From NCBI GenBank assembly GCA_965235115.1, contig OZ249436.1:6202001-6266000 (forward strand): a DNA stretch of 64,000 nucleotides. The letters run 5' to 3'. The stretch's first letter is position 1. Every line of letters starts with the position of its first letter. The position numbers and the translations under genes are program-made. Below are positions 14,084 to 26,772 of this stretch, in pieces. The stretch is from Laetmonice hystrix. Lineage: Eukaryota. Under the pieces are notes generated by a model. That model did not search any database. It worked only from the letters and a program-made list of their open reading frames with translations, and was not told the origin of the DNA.

Positions 14084-14762
14084 AAAGAGCTTTCCGAATC
14101 GACCAATTGACCATGATGGGTCTCCCTTTGCCAGATTCCCCCTTGCCCTCTCCCAAATTCCACCCATGTACACTGAATCCTACAATGGCAAGGTTAACTC
14201 AGAATTGACTGCCAAACGAACGACATTGCCTTTCTGTATTTAGCCTTGATGTGCATCGTGATATATGGTACAGTCAGTCGTCCTGGGTGACATTCGATTG
14301 CAGGTCCAAGCATCAGAGCATAGAGATTGAAGACTGCAGGTCCCAAGGTCCAAGCATCAGAGCATAGAGATTGAAGACTGCAGGTCCCAAGGTCCACGCA
14401 TCAGAGCATAGAGATTGAAGACTGCAGCATCAGAGCCTCGCTCACATAGTTCTATCATAGTTCTATGACCTTCTATATAGAAGTATATAGAAATGGAATA
14501 CCAACCTGTACTCTCAATTTACAGATTGTTATATAGCAGAATGTGACAATGCCGAGCAATGAATCTATTGAAGATAGCCTGCCTTAGTAACATCCTTTGT
14601 GTCCGTTTGTTACTCCATTACCACAGACAGTGGATTTCTAAACCGACCATATCGCAGACGGGAGATTGCTGTACTCCACCGTGTCCTGGGGACCGCCCGA
14701 CCCCTCGGTGTAATACAACTAGAACTATCCTTAACTAAACCAAAATCGCTTAACGAGCTTCA

Positions 14763-15120
14763 TGCGGGATTTCCACCAGACGCGAGCGAGCGATTTCATC
14801 TGTCACACTCGCGCGCCTGTCAGCACAAGCGAGTGCATCATCTTTGACCATTTCCACCAGGTGCGAGCGCAAACCCCAATATGGCCGTGTCTAGTCTTGC
14901 GCGTCGCGAAGATTTCCTAGTACACAATCTCGTTACGTCGAGCGAGCGAGCGCAAAAAGTTGAAAGTTGACCAACTTTAAAAAATCGCACGCGCGACAGA
15001 TGGCATGATGTATGCGCGCGCGTCTGGTGGAAATTACTGCAATCACTTCAACTATTTCTACTTTTGAAGCGCGCGCGCACCAAAACAACTCGTTCGCTCG
15101 CGTCCGGTGGAAATCCCGCA
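14763..15120. mobile_element. MITE, probably PIF/Harbinger-type
   Basis: TIRs of about 31 bp, TGCGGGATTTCCACC(A/G)GACGCGAGCGA(G/A)CGA; 3-nt flanks TCA/TTA; internal copies of the TIR at about 14850 and 15015. Confidence 0.8.
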
Positions 15121-15124
15121 TTAG

Positions 15125-15283
15125 TGTTGTTATATAAGTACCATTCCTACCCCTATACCCCAATTTGAGTTTGCATGAGGGGCGAGAGGAACCAATCAAA
15201 AATGGCAGACCAAGTGGAGCTTCGAACCCACAACCTTCACATTTTGGGCGGGATCCCTTATCCACTACGCAACCCAACACCAT
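15125..15283 (-). mobile_element. Degenerate tRNA-derived SINE 5' fragment
   Basis: The minus strand has A-box-like TTGCGTAGTGG and B-box-like GGTTCGAAGC at tRNA-like spacing. Confidence 0.5.
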
Positions 15284-16269
15284 GTCTAAACCGGCCGCCT
15301 GTAGAGGTTATGCAGGTGACGTCAGTTGGAGGGACAACAATTTATAAATTTATAAATAATTATAAATTATAAACAATTTATAAATAGCTCGTGGACAATA
15401 GAATCCAATGAACCGTGACCAGTGTCCGCCAATGCCCATGGACGTAAACATAAACATTACCATGCTGTTTCCCTCCAAATGACGTCACTGCATAACCTCC
15501 TAATGGGGCAGAGTTGAGAGCAACAATCTGTGCTTTGCGACCAGACCCTTGTATTCATACACCATGTATCACAGCTGAACACCTGACCTTGGAGAGCGGT
15601 CAGTGGGATCCGTGGGCAGTCGGTGTCCTTCTTCACGGCTACATCCCTGCAATCTACACCACCGAGTCCTTCTCCATTACAGTCAGACGTGGATCACACA
15701 GATCCTGCCATTCTAATGTAATGATCAGTTTGCCTGGACCCCAGTCCCAGGGTTGGCGGTCCACAGAACCATTCTAACATTCTAATAAAGAGACACAGCC
15801 AGGAACGTCATCTTTGAGCAATGCGTGTCGTCAATTTGTATCACAGGTCCGAAGATCATTTCGTTCCCATGGTTCTGTGAGGAGGAGATCTCATATGATT
15901 GCCCATCATGGACAGTTAGACTAGAGAGGAGTCCATAAACCTGTGGCGGGACCCTTTAATTAGCCTAACAGTCACTATCACTCGGCGGTCACCACTCATA
16001 ATGTAGCATGGAATATTTCAGGAGTGAGGGGAGTAGGAATGACTGCCTTTTTGTGGGCAGAACGGAGGCATCCAGGCTCCTATCTACATTTCATTGCCGT
16101 AGCCTCCTGGCCTGCCGTGCCAGCTGCTCGCGTTGAAGTGCATTCGCCAACTCCAGGCCACCAACTCGCTATGGAGGCGACGTTCCTCCAGGTCGTCATC
16201 AAACTCCTCCTGCTCAGTGTTACTGGTGGCACTGTGTTCGTTAATTACGATCTTAACGTTCATTGACTG

Positions 16270-16404
16270 CTATCTGTTCAGAGTGGCGACCAGGGTCCGT
16301 AGCAGTGGATATGTGCCTTGGTTACAGAATCGTCCACTAAAATCGTCGAGATCTAGAGACCACATCATGATGCCGCCAAGCATGTGTCGTCTCGCGTAGT
16401 ATGC
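16270..16404 (-). CDS. Chitinase exon 8, terminal ([44 protein letters not shown])
   Basis: Acceptor tgtatgcag|GCA; contains the conserved GGxMxWxLDLDD and YPLL motifs; TAG at 16270-16272. Confidence 0.93.
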   Translation of the reverse strand, partial: AYYARRHMLGGIMMWSLDLDDFSGRFCNQGTYPLLRTLVATLNR

Positions 16405-19400
16405 CTGCATACATACAGTGTGGGGCAAATAAAGTACATTGAAACAAACGTGAAGTGTTGAATTATGTGATACAAAATAGGTTTAACAAATGGGTACACA
16501 AATAAACGTGTACCTACGCGTACGTATGCATGATTTCATGTACTGAGCAAATAATTATATGTGTTTAGTTTAGATTTAGTTGGTGAGGAAGTATTACCTT
16601 GAGGCGAACGCTGTGGGTATTGTCATACCCGACCCATTGAAAGTCTCCCCTGGCGTACGGTACTTTATGTTGGTTGTCCCACGCCACTGACCAGCCAGAC
16701 CGTATTTTATCACAGATCTGTAACACACGGTGACATCTTACTGGTAATGGTATACAAAGGAAACATTTCTCGACATGAGGTGAAGCACAGTGTTAGGCCC
16801 GGTTTCCACTGGACGCGAGAGAGCGATGTGTTTCGGTGCGCGCGCTCGCATCAAAAGTAGAAATATTTACTATCGCTAGCGCGCGCACCAACAGAAATCG
16901 CTCGCTCGCGTCCAGTGGCGGTAGTCTTCAAGTACAAGTGTGAATGACTACTCGGTGTTGTACGTCATAACATGATGTTAGAAACCCCAAAATGTAATTC
17001 TACGCTGCCATGATAGTTACGCCGAGGTCAACCAAGTCGAATATACGGAACTAAACGCGATTTGATTAAAACCTATATAAACAAGATTTACCTCAAAATA
17101 AGCTAAAATGCCAGGTTCATCCAAATATGGCGATTTTCCACCACCTCCAAGTGTGGGAAAGCCGACCCCATTCTGGTCGGGGTCCCGTAACCGGAACGTT
17201 CGACCATACATACCGACACCAAGGAGTAATTTATTGGCGGGAACTCCCTTACTCAGCCAATAGCGGACCGCCCAGTCCTGGTGAGGAGAAAATGACGTTA
17301 TGACGTAACATAAAACAGACATGTATATTATTGTACTATATTCAGCGTCCTAAACGGGAGCACCAAGAAAGGCGGTATGGTGGACGTGAAGATGGCCAGA
17401 AGGGCTTTCAACGATTTCTTGAGCTACTGTTGTAACATCCCCGGCCTCCCAAGTAACCTAAGACGCCTAAAGAAACCATTTTTTTTTATAGATCTATATG
17501 TCAGAAGATGCCTGGTGGTACGTGCCTGGTTGAGCGTCGCCTGCTGCCCCACTTCCTGTTTGCTGGAGTAGAGGGGGCTGTTAAAACTGGTCACATGGTC
17601 CCAACTGCCGTGGAAATCGTACGACATGAGACTGATGAAGTCCAGATTCCTGCAGGATACAAAGGTGGATATTCTCCTCGTGAGATCTTACACAGACATG
17701 GCATGTGTTGTATTCCTCGACAGTAATACACGAGATGCTATAAGAAATGTATTCATCTTACACACACACAGCCCATCTTTGTTCCTGTTGTTGTAAATCC
17801 CACCAGGCGTTGACCTGCAGGGACGATTTGCTGGATATGTTTGTTGATTGATGGCTTTATGTTTTGTGATGAGCTAGAACAGATGCTCAGACTGGTGACA
17901 CTGGTGACCTACCGCCGTCAACTCGAGTCATGCCTAGACTCGCTCCATCGATCTGGATCTAGACACGTTGTACACTACTTAGGGCCCTCGTCATGTGGCC
18001 TTCTATCTCTATACCCAAGGCTATGGCCCTTATATAACTGGTAATACGCAGTTTACAATATTTCTCCCTCACCTCTCCACCTAAAGAAGTCATTGATCAG
18101 ACAAATCCCTAGTCGTGATCGGCACTGGAGACAACCCCCTGAGCGGTGTCTGACCCCATGTTCCTTAAGTCATGACGTTTGATGGATCTACGAGGGATTG
18201 TTAGTCGGTCTGCGGCACGGTTCTCACCAGACTTGTCACCGCTGGCTATTGATCTCACCCTGACCTAATCTGCCCTACTGCCCTCACCCCCTCCCCGGCC
18301 CGCCCCTCTCATTCCCTGCCCACACTTCAACCGTGCTGTGTAAGATCGATGAGACATCCCTTTTCTATTTTTATGTCTCATTTTTTGTTCATACTGCCGC
18401 GTCGGTTTCTATACCTGACAGAAGATAATTCTGACCTTTTCTTTGACATGGCTACTCCCTCTTTCATCTCTGCCTTGTTCAGCTGTAGGACTTAATGAAT
18501 CAACGTCAGCATCTATAGTTTATCCTTCGGTTCCCTGGCACTGAAGGACCCCTACGTTAACAAGCTCAGGCCATCATGGCCCTGATTCATCAATATTCAA
18601 GGTACAACGTAATCCTGTCGGTGCTAATGTCAGGCAGTGCTATACGGAGAAATACTTAAAATATTAAAGTCGGCTGAGGTCGTCTGGAGCGGGAGACCTC
18701 CCTGGGTCGGGCTTACCTGGCCATCTCAGCCGGGTAGTATGCGGTGTCGATGGTTGTCTTGCCGCACCCCACTGCCGCAGTCAGCATCAAGCGAGTCTGA
18801 TTCGTCTCTTTGGATTCCTTGTCGAAGGCAACGCGGGCCTCCTGAATTATAAATAAAAATAGAGAACACAGAACGCTGACTGTATACAGAAATATAATTA
18901 ATGGCAATATTACAAGGTTTTGTGCAATCATAGCCGACTGACGCCGTCTTTCACACAACACAGAACGCTGACTGTATACAGAAATATAATTAATGGCAAT
19001 ATTACAAGGTTTTGTGCAATCATAGACAACTGACGCCGTCTTTCACACAACACAGAACGTTGACTGTATACAGAAATATAATTAATGGCAATATTACAAG
19101 GTTTTGTGCAACCATAGACAACTGACGCCGTCTTTCACACAACACAGAACACACGCTGACTGTATACAGAAATATAATTAATGGCAGTATTACAAGGTTT
19201 TGTGCAATCATAGACAACTGACGCCGTCTTTCACACAACACAGAACACACGCTGACTGTATACAGAAATATAATTAATGGCAATATTACAAGGTTTTGTG
19301 CAATCATAGACAACTGACGCCGTCTTTCACACAACACAGAACACACGCTGACTGTATACAGAAATATAATTAATGGCAATATTACAAGGTTTTGTGCAAT

Positions 19401-22400
19401 CATAGACAACTGACGCCGCCTTTCACACAACACAGAACGCTGACTGTATACAGAAATATAATTAATGGCAATATTACAAGGTTTTGTGCAATCATAGACA
19501 ACTGACGCCGTCTTTCACACAACACAGAACACACGCTGACTGTATACAGAAATATAATTAATGGCAGTATTACAAGGTTTTGTGCAATCATATACAACTG
19601 ACGCCGTCTTTCACACAACACAGAACACACGCTGACTGTATACAGAAATATAATTAATGGCAATATTACAAGGTTTTGTGCAATCATAGCCGACTGACGC
19701 CGTCTTTCACACACAAAATAATATTTTAATTCCACAGCATGCAATCCTGATTTTGTCACAATTCGTGGCCATCATGGCCAACATCTATGGCCGATGCTAT
19801 TTTCTCCTTTTTTATGACCAAAGGCTGATAAAAATGTCACTATTCGGCCCGTGCTCCAACCAGTAGTGGATGTTTTGCCCTGTGGGAAACGGATGGCTGT
19901 CTTCACGTCGAGACCATGTTTTTTAAAATTTATTCAGCTAGGCGTGATGATGATAAAATGATACAGGAAGACGCCCTTCCTCCGGGTTAAAGTCTTTCTC
20001 ATTTCAATTAGTGGCAAGGGTCATTTAACGTGCACACTGCATTGACACAGCGTTAGAGAACCCAGTCGGGATCACTGGGTGTGGAGGGGGCGGCCAGTAG
20101 AAGGGCTCTGCCCACACAGTTTGATTGTATAGGGTTTCCAAGTTGTCATTCCCTTTTCTCCTATACGGCACCTATTGTAGTCAGGAACGCTGCCGCAAGT
20201 TCAGTCAGCACTGACAAGGTAAGCATGAAGTTTAAACTGATCCCAGGTCGGTAACCTGATAAGGTTTTACCATACGTTTACAATGTACACTGTACTCTGC
20301 TGCTGCAGAATTTAAAACATAACTCGGATTGACGTGGCACGCATCTGTTGATTGTTACTTGAGATTTACGCTCTTTGTTCCCCGAAATTATACAAAAACA
20401 TGTATGGGGCTTAAACATGAAGTTACAGAGAACATAAATTATACGAAAACATATATGGGGCTTACACATGAAGTTACAGAGAACATAAATTATACAAAAA
20501 CATGTATGGGGCTTACACATGAAGTTACAGAGAACATAAATTATACAAAAACATGTATGGGGCTTACACATGAAGTTACAGAGAACATAAATTATACAAA
20601 AACATATGGGACTTACACATGAAGTTACAGAGAACATAAATTATACAAAAACATTTGAAGCTTACACATGAAGTTAGAACATATTGCAATGACAGTGCTC
20701 AAATCTCGCACGCTTCACACAGCGAAATGTCATCGTGCCCGAGGCTATTGACAACTGAATGAACATACTCTTTGAATCGACGCGCCACAGACGCTCACTG
20801 TCGTCTGCTCCTGCCCTGATATAAACGCCAGCTAGGGATAGTAACTGAGAAACTGAGTGACCGCACCAGTTGTGCTGTTCGATACTAAGATATCCGCTTT
20901 GTCACGTTGAAAAGACAATATGTAGGCCTACAGTCATCTCTCAGACTGTGCAACACCTGCACTGAACGAGACGTTTCTCATAGGAAAACACAGCCGTCCA
21001 ACAACATGGCCCCTCGAGTTAGAGAATATGTTCACCAGCCGACTGGCGGTTGATGAGCGAGACACAGCTCTAGCAAATGTCACGTCCTGGCAGTTCGTGT
21101 ATGGAGGGTATGAGGGAGGGCAGCTGACAGTTCGTGTATGGAGGGTATGAGGGAGGGCAGCTGGCAGTTCGTGTATGGAGGGTATGAGGGAGGGCAGCTG
21201 ACAGTTCGTGTATGGAGGGTATGAGGGAGGGCAGCTGGTAGTTCGTGTATGGAGGGTATGAGGGAGGGCAGCTGGCAGTTCGTGTATGGAGGGTATGAGG
21301 GAGGGCAGCTGGCAGTTCGTGTATGAGGGAGGGCAGCTGGCAGTTCGTGTATGAGGGAGGGCAGCTGGCAGTTCGTGTATGGAGGGTATGAGGGAGGGCA
21401 GCTGGCAGTTCGTGTATGAAGGGTATGAGGGAGGGCAGCTGGCAGTTCGTGTATGGAGGGTATGAGGGAGGACAGCTGACAGTTCGTGTATGGAGGGTAT
21501 GAGGGAGGACAGCTGACAGTTCGTGTATGGAGGGTATGAGGGAGGGCAGCTGGCAGTTCGTGTATGGAGGGTATGAGGGGGGGGGGGCAGCTGGCAGTTC
21601 GTGTATGGAGGGTATGACGGAGGGCAGCGGGCGCGGTTTCACAGACTTTGCCCCTTCAGGCTGATAACCTCGCAACCAAATATGGCATTCTACATGACAT
21701 ACTAGATGACCGTTGCCCGTTCTTTACGTGATTGGGGGGAATCGCCAGCCGATGTAATAAACCCAGAAATTGCTTCCCAGAAAGGTCTGCCTTCGGTATA
21801 GTACCCTACGTATAGTATCATGCGACAAAATCTGCAAGACGCATCTTTGATATTGACCGGGCCTGAGTACAACAGGCGAAGGTCATTGTTTGATATTGAC
21901 CGGGCCTGAGTACAACAGGCGAAGGTCATTGTTTGATATTGACCGGGCCTGAGTACAACAGGCGAAGGTCATTGTTTACCTCTCATGTCTTGTCAGACGG
22001 GTCCAGGTAACGGAACTCCTTCAGTGACCTTACTCCTTAGATCCTTACTTCAGTGACCTTACTCCTTAGATCACAGATCAAAACGTACGATCCAAGGATA
22101 GTGGTATACCTGTAGCCTTCAGGGGGCACCTGGTCAGCACAGAGCTACCAGAAGAATGATTACAAACAAATGGCCAATTGGCTGATTCCAATATTATAAC
22201 TATAGATCTAAGCTGTGCTTCCGTTCTTGACTTTAAATAAAGTCGTTTTTGCACGTTTTAGCCTACACCAAAGAAGCCTGAAAGTTTTAGGGGCACCATT
22301 GGACAAAGGAATGACCTATAATTATCATCTTACTGAACCTCGAACCGATTAGACACGTAATGATGTGGGTAAGGGGAATCTGTTATATTCTTAACTTTAA

Positions 22401-23792
22401 ATGCCGTACCTCTAGAAGATAAACAAACTTTTCTTTGTCCTGAGGCGGACTGCCACGTGAACCCGGGTACTCCCAGTCCAGATCGAGGCCGTCGAACCCG
22501 TGCATGCGCAGATAGGGTATGGAATGTTGGAGGAAGCGTTCCCGGGATTGTTGGCTGGCCACCATCTTAGAAAACGTTTCGGAGCCCATGTCCCAACCCC
22601 CAACCGAGAGCAGGGTCTTTAGGTTAGGGTTTATCCTCTTCAACCTGTTTACTTGTCCATATAGGCCTGTGCGAACAGAAAAACGTCAGCGTTAAATCAG
22701 CTTAAATATTGAGAAAAGAATATAGAGGCATGATTTTTGGAGACCATTACTTACTTCAGAATAACGTTAGTTATGTGTGGGTATTTTTTCTGGACGAAGG
22801 AATTTACTTGCCCTGAAATGTATTGAAATGATTTACTAAAATAATTTAAATGTGTTGAATAGGCAAATACAATAGATTTACTTGTTTCCTTGCGCTATGG
22901 TTGATATTAAGCCAGAGATTTTCGTCAGGTTTGTATAAACCTGTGAACGTGCATGTTTCCGTTACTAGACATTTACTGTGACAATAGACCTCATGCCGTT
23001 TGGCGCCAAATCTCCATTAGCAACGATACTAAAAGTTGCCTAAAACCATGCGTGTTCTATTTACGTGGTCGTGGTCCGCTCCATTGATCAGAGAAATTTT
23101 AACCGCGCTCATTGGTCCACGAGAGATTTCGATTGATGGTAAAGACGCGGAACATGCGGAACATGTTCTACGTCATCAATCACAGTCTCATTAACGCTCC
23201 TATACGATTGAGTCGTGTATGTTTTTTGTGGGCCGTGCTAATGTGCGTCGGATTTTATCAGTTGAGAGCCGCCACTGCGGAACGAGACATGCTTAGGTTG
23301 CATGCACTCTATTACGTTACCAGTAAAGTTTTGGGGGAAAACTACATATCTGTAAAATAGAGTCTAAACAACAGTATTAAATCACATTACGGACTACATG
23401 TCTGTAAAATAGTCTAAAGAACAATATTAGATCACATTACGGACTCCATGTCTGTAAAATAGAGTCTAAACAACAATATTAAATCCCATTACGGCCATGA
23501 AACATGCTGAGCGGCATGTCCGACTGTCTATACGTTATTATATGGACAAACAACACCCGTAAGAATATAACCACAGATACAATGAAGCCAACTCGATCTA
23601 TACCTTTTTGTGTCGGGGACGAGATGTCATTCCAGTGTGTAGGTGCCAGTAGGCCGTTCTCAATCTTCGCGAAGGCAAAGAGAATGTGGGTACAGAGGAA
23701 TGGGTCGACATTTTCTGGCCGGAATGCCGCCTGACCTCGGCGCCGCTGAGACCAGTTGGTGTAGTAACACACTATTCGAATGTCTGATGTCC
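16270..23792 (-). CDS. GH18 chitinase (chitotriosidase/AMCase-like), spliced core of 7 exons: 23604-23792, 22410-22666, 18717-18841, 17526-17649, 17092-17277, 16598-16717, 16270-16404
   Basis: Hand-spliced exons join in phase into a full GH18 barrel: [107 protein letters not shown]. The catalytic DxxDxDxE motif is intact. All acceptors are AG; donors are GT except one GC. Confidence 0.95.
16598..16717 (-). CDS. Chitinase exon 7 (ICDKIRSGW...[22 protein letters not shown])
   Basis: Acceptor gtgttacag|ATC, donor AAG|GTAATA; 40 codons. Too short to appear in the ORF track. Confidence 0.93.
16796..16918. mobile_element. Short palindromic MITE related to 14763-15120, inside a chitinase intron
   Basis: Inverted repeat CCACTGGACGCGAG..GCGAT / ATCGC..CTCGCGTCCAGTGG; about 70 bp closely resembles the reverse complement of 15051-15119. 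Confidence 0.75.
17092..17277 (-). CDS. Chitinase exon 6 (DWAVRYW...PGILAYFE)
   Basis: Acceptor ttttctcctcaccag|GAC, donor GAG|GTAAAT; 62 codons. Confidence 0.94.
17526..17649 (-). CDS. Chitinase exon 5 ([16 protein letters not shown]...ATLNQ), GC donor
   Basis: Acceptor cctgcag|G; the donor CAG|GCACGT is the only phase-0 option before the in-frame stop. Confidence 0.92.
18717..18841 (-). CDS. Chitinase exon 4 (EARVAF...RLMLTAAV...AEMAR)
   Basis: Acceptor tttataattcag|GAG, donor CAG|GTAAGC; phases 0 and 2 fit the neighbouring exons. Confidence 0.92.
18862..19712. repeat. Minisatellite, 92/96-bp unit, about 9 copies, abutting the chitinase exon 4 acceptor
   Basis: Unit cagaac(acac)gctgactgtatacagaaatataattaatggcaatattacaaggttttgtgcaatcatagacaactgacgccgtctttcacacaaca. 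Confidence 0.97.
20386..20680. repeat. Minisatellite, 51-bp unit, about 6 copies
   Basis: Unit aattatacaaaaacatgtatggggcttacacatgaagttacagagaacata. Confidence 0.95.
21088..21627. repeat. G-rich minisatellite, 37-bp unit, about 15 copies
   Basis: Unit ggcagttcgtgtatggagggtatgagggagggcagct. Confidence 0.97.
21847..21976. repeat. Tandem triplication, about 43-bp unit
   Basis: ttgatattgaccgggcctgagtacaacaggcgaaggtcattgt x3. Confidence 0.93.
22410..22666 (-). CDS. Chitinase exon 3 (catalytic motif [12 protein letters not shown])
   Basis: Acceptor gttcgcacag|GC, donor GAG|GTACGG; contains KTLLSVGGW and DxxDxDxE. Confidence 0.96.
23604..23792 (-). CDS. Chitinase exon 2 ([15 protein letters not shown]...SPTQK)
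   Basis: Acceptor ttccacag|GG, donor AAG|GTATAG; encodes the GH18 N-terminal motifs. Confidence 0.93.
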
Positions 23793-24744
23793 CTGTGGAA
23801 TGGAGAAAACCATCAAGTTATCGAAGAGTAGTCTGGAGATAGCGCTGGAGAAGGGGGTGTTCTATAGCAGCTATCTCAAGCAGGGGACGCAGCCGAAGCC
23901 ATGAAAACCAACAACTCCCGCAGCCATCCCTGATAACCGTGATAACAGTCTACTGTACGTGTGACGTGGGCGCCAGTAAAAGGCCGCCTGTCTGTAACAA
24001 GGCGCCACCTGTCTGTAACAAGGCGCCTGTCAAACGTTATATCAGTCTCCCCTATTTCTGGATCGTGATGTGATTTTGTGAAAAAGTTCAACTTATTAAC
24101 CGCAATTTTAATGAAATAACATCATTACAAATATAACACAACCGTTTGGTGTACTTGTAAACGTGTATACTACTAAAAATATTTCGTTTTCAGCGCAGTT
24201 TAAACCGGCACTACATTCTCAATAATAGGTTAAAACTGGCAATACAGTTTACAGTAGAGCAACCACATCGTTGCTCTCTTCCCTCTGGTATCATATTTCA
24301 CGAACTCGATTAAATTTAGCAGTATAAAAAATCGTTTAGGGATTTGGGATGTGTACCAAAATAAGCTTAATTGATTCCATGTAATGTTACGGTATTAAAT
24401 GATCAGGTTCAGGATAGAACCCGGAGCCAGTTGGCGACATTACCCAAACATTGCACCCAGAGTCCTGGATGATATTAAACCTGATACAGACTCCCATGTG
24501 CCTATACTACTCAGAGTTTGGCAGCCGCGGTACGTTCTCACGGTATACTACCTATAGGGTGGACCTTTCTCTATCAACGATAACTGAGATACTGTGAGGT
24601 TTCCAACACCGTGCTTATATGGATAACTGGCCATATGTACACCTACCACCATTTAAAGCACGCTTCGCAAGTTATGTGCGAAACTTAACGCCAAAATTGA
24701 ATTCCTGCAATATAGGCCTACATGAAACGAGTGCTGTAGCACAT

Positions 24745-25385
24745 ATAGATGCAGGTACTTTGAACGGCAGTTTGCCACACGTACATACATGTATGCAGGT
24801 GCTTCTAACGGCGGTTTCCCACACGTACATACATGTATGCAGGTGCTTCTAACGGCGGTTTCCCACACGTACATACATGTATGCAGGTGCTTCTAACGGC
24901 AGTTTGCCAGACGTACATACATGTATGCAGGTGCTTCTAACGGCGGTTTCCCACACGTACATGTATGCAGGTGCTTCTAACGGCAGTTTGCCACACGTAC
25001 ATACATGTATGCAGGTGCTTCTAACGGCGGTTTCCCACACGTACATACATGTATGCAGGTGCTTCTAACGGCAGTTTGCCAGACGTACATACATGTATGC
25101 AGATGCTTCTAACGGCGGTTTCCCACACGTACATACATGTATGCAGGTGCTTTGAACGGCAGTTTGCCACACGTACATACATGTATGCAGGTGCTCCTAA
25201 CGGCAGTTTGCCACACGTACATACATGTATGCAGGTGGTTTGAACGGCAGTTCCCCATGTATACATGCAGGTGGTTTGAACGGCAGTTTGCCACACGTAC
25301 ATACATGTATGCAGGTGCTTTGAACGGCAGTTTCCCACACGTACATGTATGCAGGTGGTTTGAACGGCAGTTTGCCACACGTAGA
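24745..25385. repeat. Minisatellite, 44-bp unit, about 15 copies with alternating variants
   Basis: Unit ccacacgtacatacatgtatgcaggtgcttctaacggc(g/a)gttt(c/g). Confidence 0.96.
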
Positions 25386-26772
25386 CACATGACCTCACAC
25401 TATGAGACCTTTTCTCGAGTGCATACCTGATACAAGAAATGTGACTCTTGATCACGAGTTTTCCACTTCATTGTTCCTATCTAATTTCCTTTAGACGTCG
25501 CTTTGACATCAGTACAATAAGGTATTGCCTGTTAGGGGGGGGGGGGGGAGAATATTTACCAAAGGTACAACAGAAGAGAGGTGGTGTTTAGGTTCTGACA
25601 CCATATATTCTAGATCGGAGACGTCTGTATTGATTCATAATACAATTTGCTATATAATACTTCAGGAAAATGTCAGAATTATTATCTTATGACTATCGCA
25701 GTATGTGCGTTCACGATTTTATTGTGGCGTGTCGACTCAAGACTTATGTTATATACATTACGATCGACTCAAGACTCGTATCATATACATTGTGATCGAC
25801 TCAAGACTCATGTCATATACATTGCGATCGACTCAAGACTCATGTCATATACATTGTGATTGTGATTTACGTGTATTTCTGTGAAAGCCCGTTTACAACA
25901 GCGCTGTATAGATCGTTGGACGTATACTCTACTATAATCTCGTGTAAATACTGTATTTCTGTTGCAGTTCAATACAGGCTCAATCTAGCAGCGAATTATG
26001 CGCGGATAATTCTCCCGTGGCCCCTTCTGTAATTTTCACCTTAATAATTCATGGACGAAATTATGAAGTATAATCTTTCTAATGTGTGCAACAAAACGTC
26101 AGATGTACTACTAGAATCTGTGCAACAAAACGTCAGATGTACGACCAGAATCTGTGCAACAAAACGTCAGATGCACGACCAGAATGTGGCCCTATATTAA
26201 CAAGTATTGTCTAGTTTACTTGGAAGATGTGCACATGTCGGCACCTGAGAGCTCCAGCAGAGGGTGTATGGGGTCACAGCGGGGTACCCTGATAAGACAC
26301 CTATCTATGAACGATAATCTTTTACCGTCAGCAGGTAAGTCGGGTACAGACGGCACTGAGTCGGGTTCCCGTCTAACCTAAGAGGAACCAGATGGTGGAG
26401 GGTGAGCAACACGCTCTATGTTTACCCCCCGTATACCCGACAACAGGACCAGCCTTCATTCCAAGGGCAGGGGATCCTACCCTTCCACCCCCTCCCTCCC
26501 CGCCCCCTCCCGCCCTCTCGGCGCGCGCTGGAAGCAGGTGCACCGACCGCCACGTGTTTATCCCTGAGGTGCTTGCATGGGCTCACATCAAACGCCACAG
26601 AGGACTCAAAGATCGATCCTTGGAGACATAGGAATAATACGGCTATTACTCGGAGGCGACACGGCACTGGTTTATTTATTGAACGTCGCCCACGTCCAAC
26701 CATGTTGGACTTCTCGCGTCCCCTCTCGGTTCGATGAGATGTTCGAGTCTCCCGGCGATTCCCGGCTTAGAA

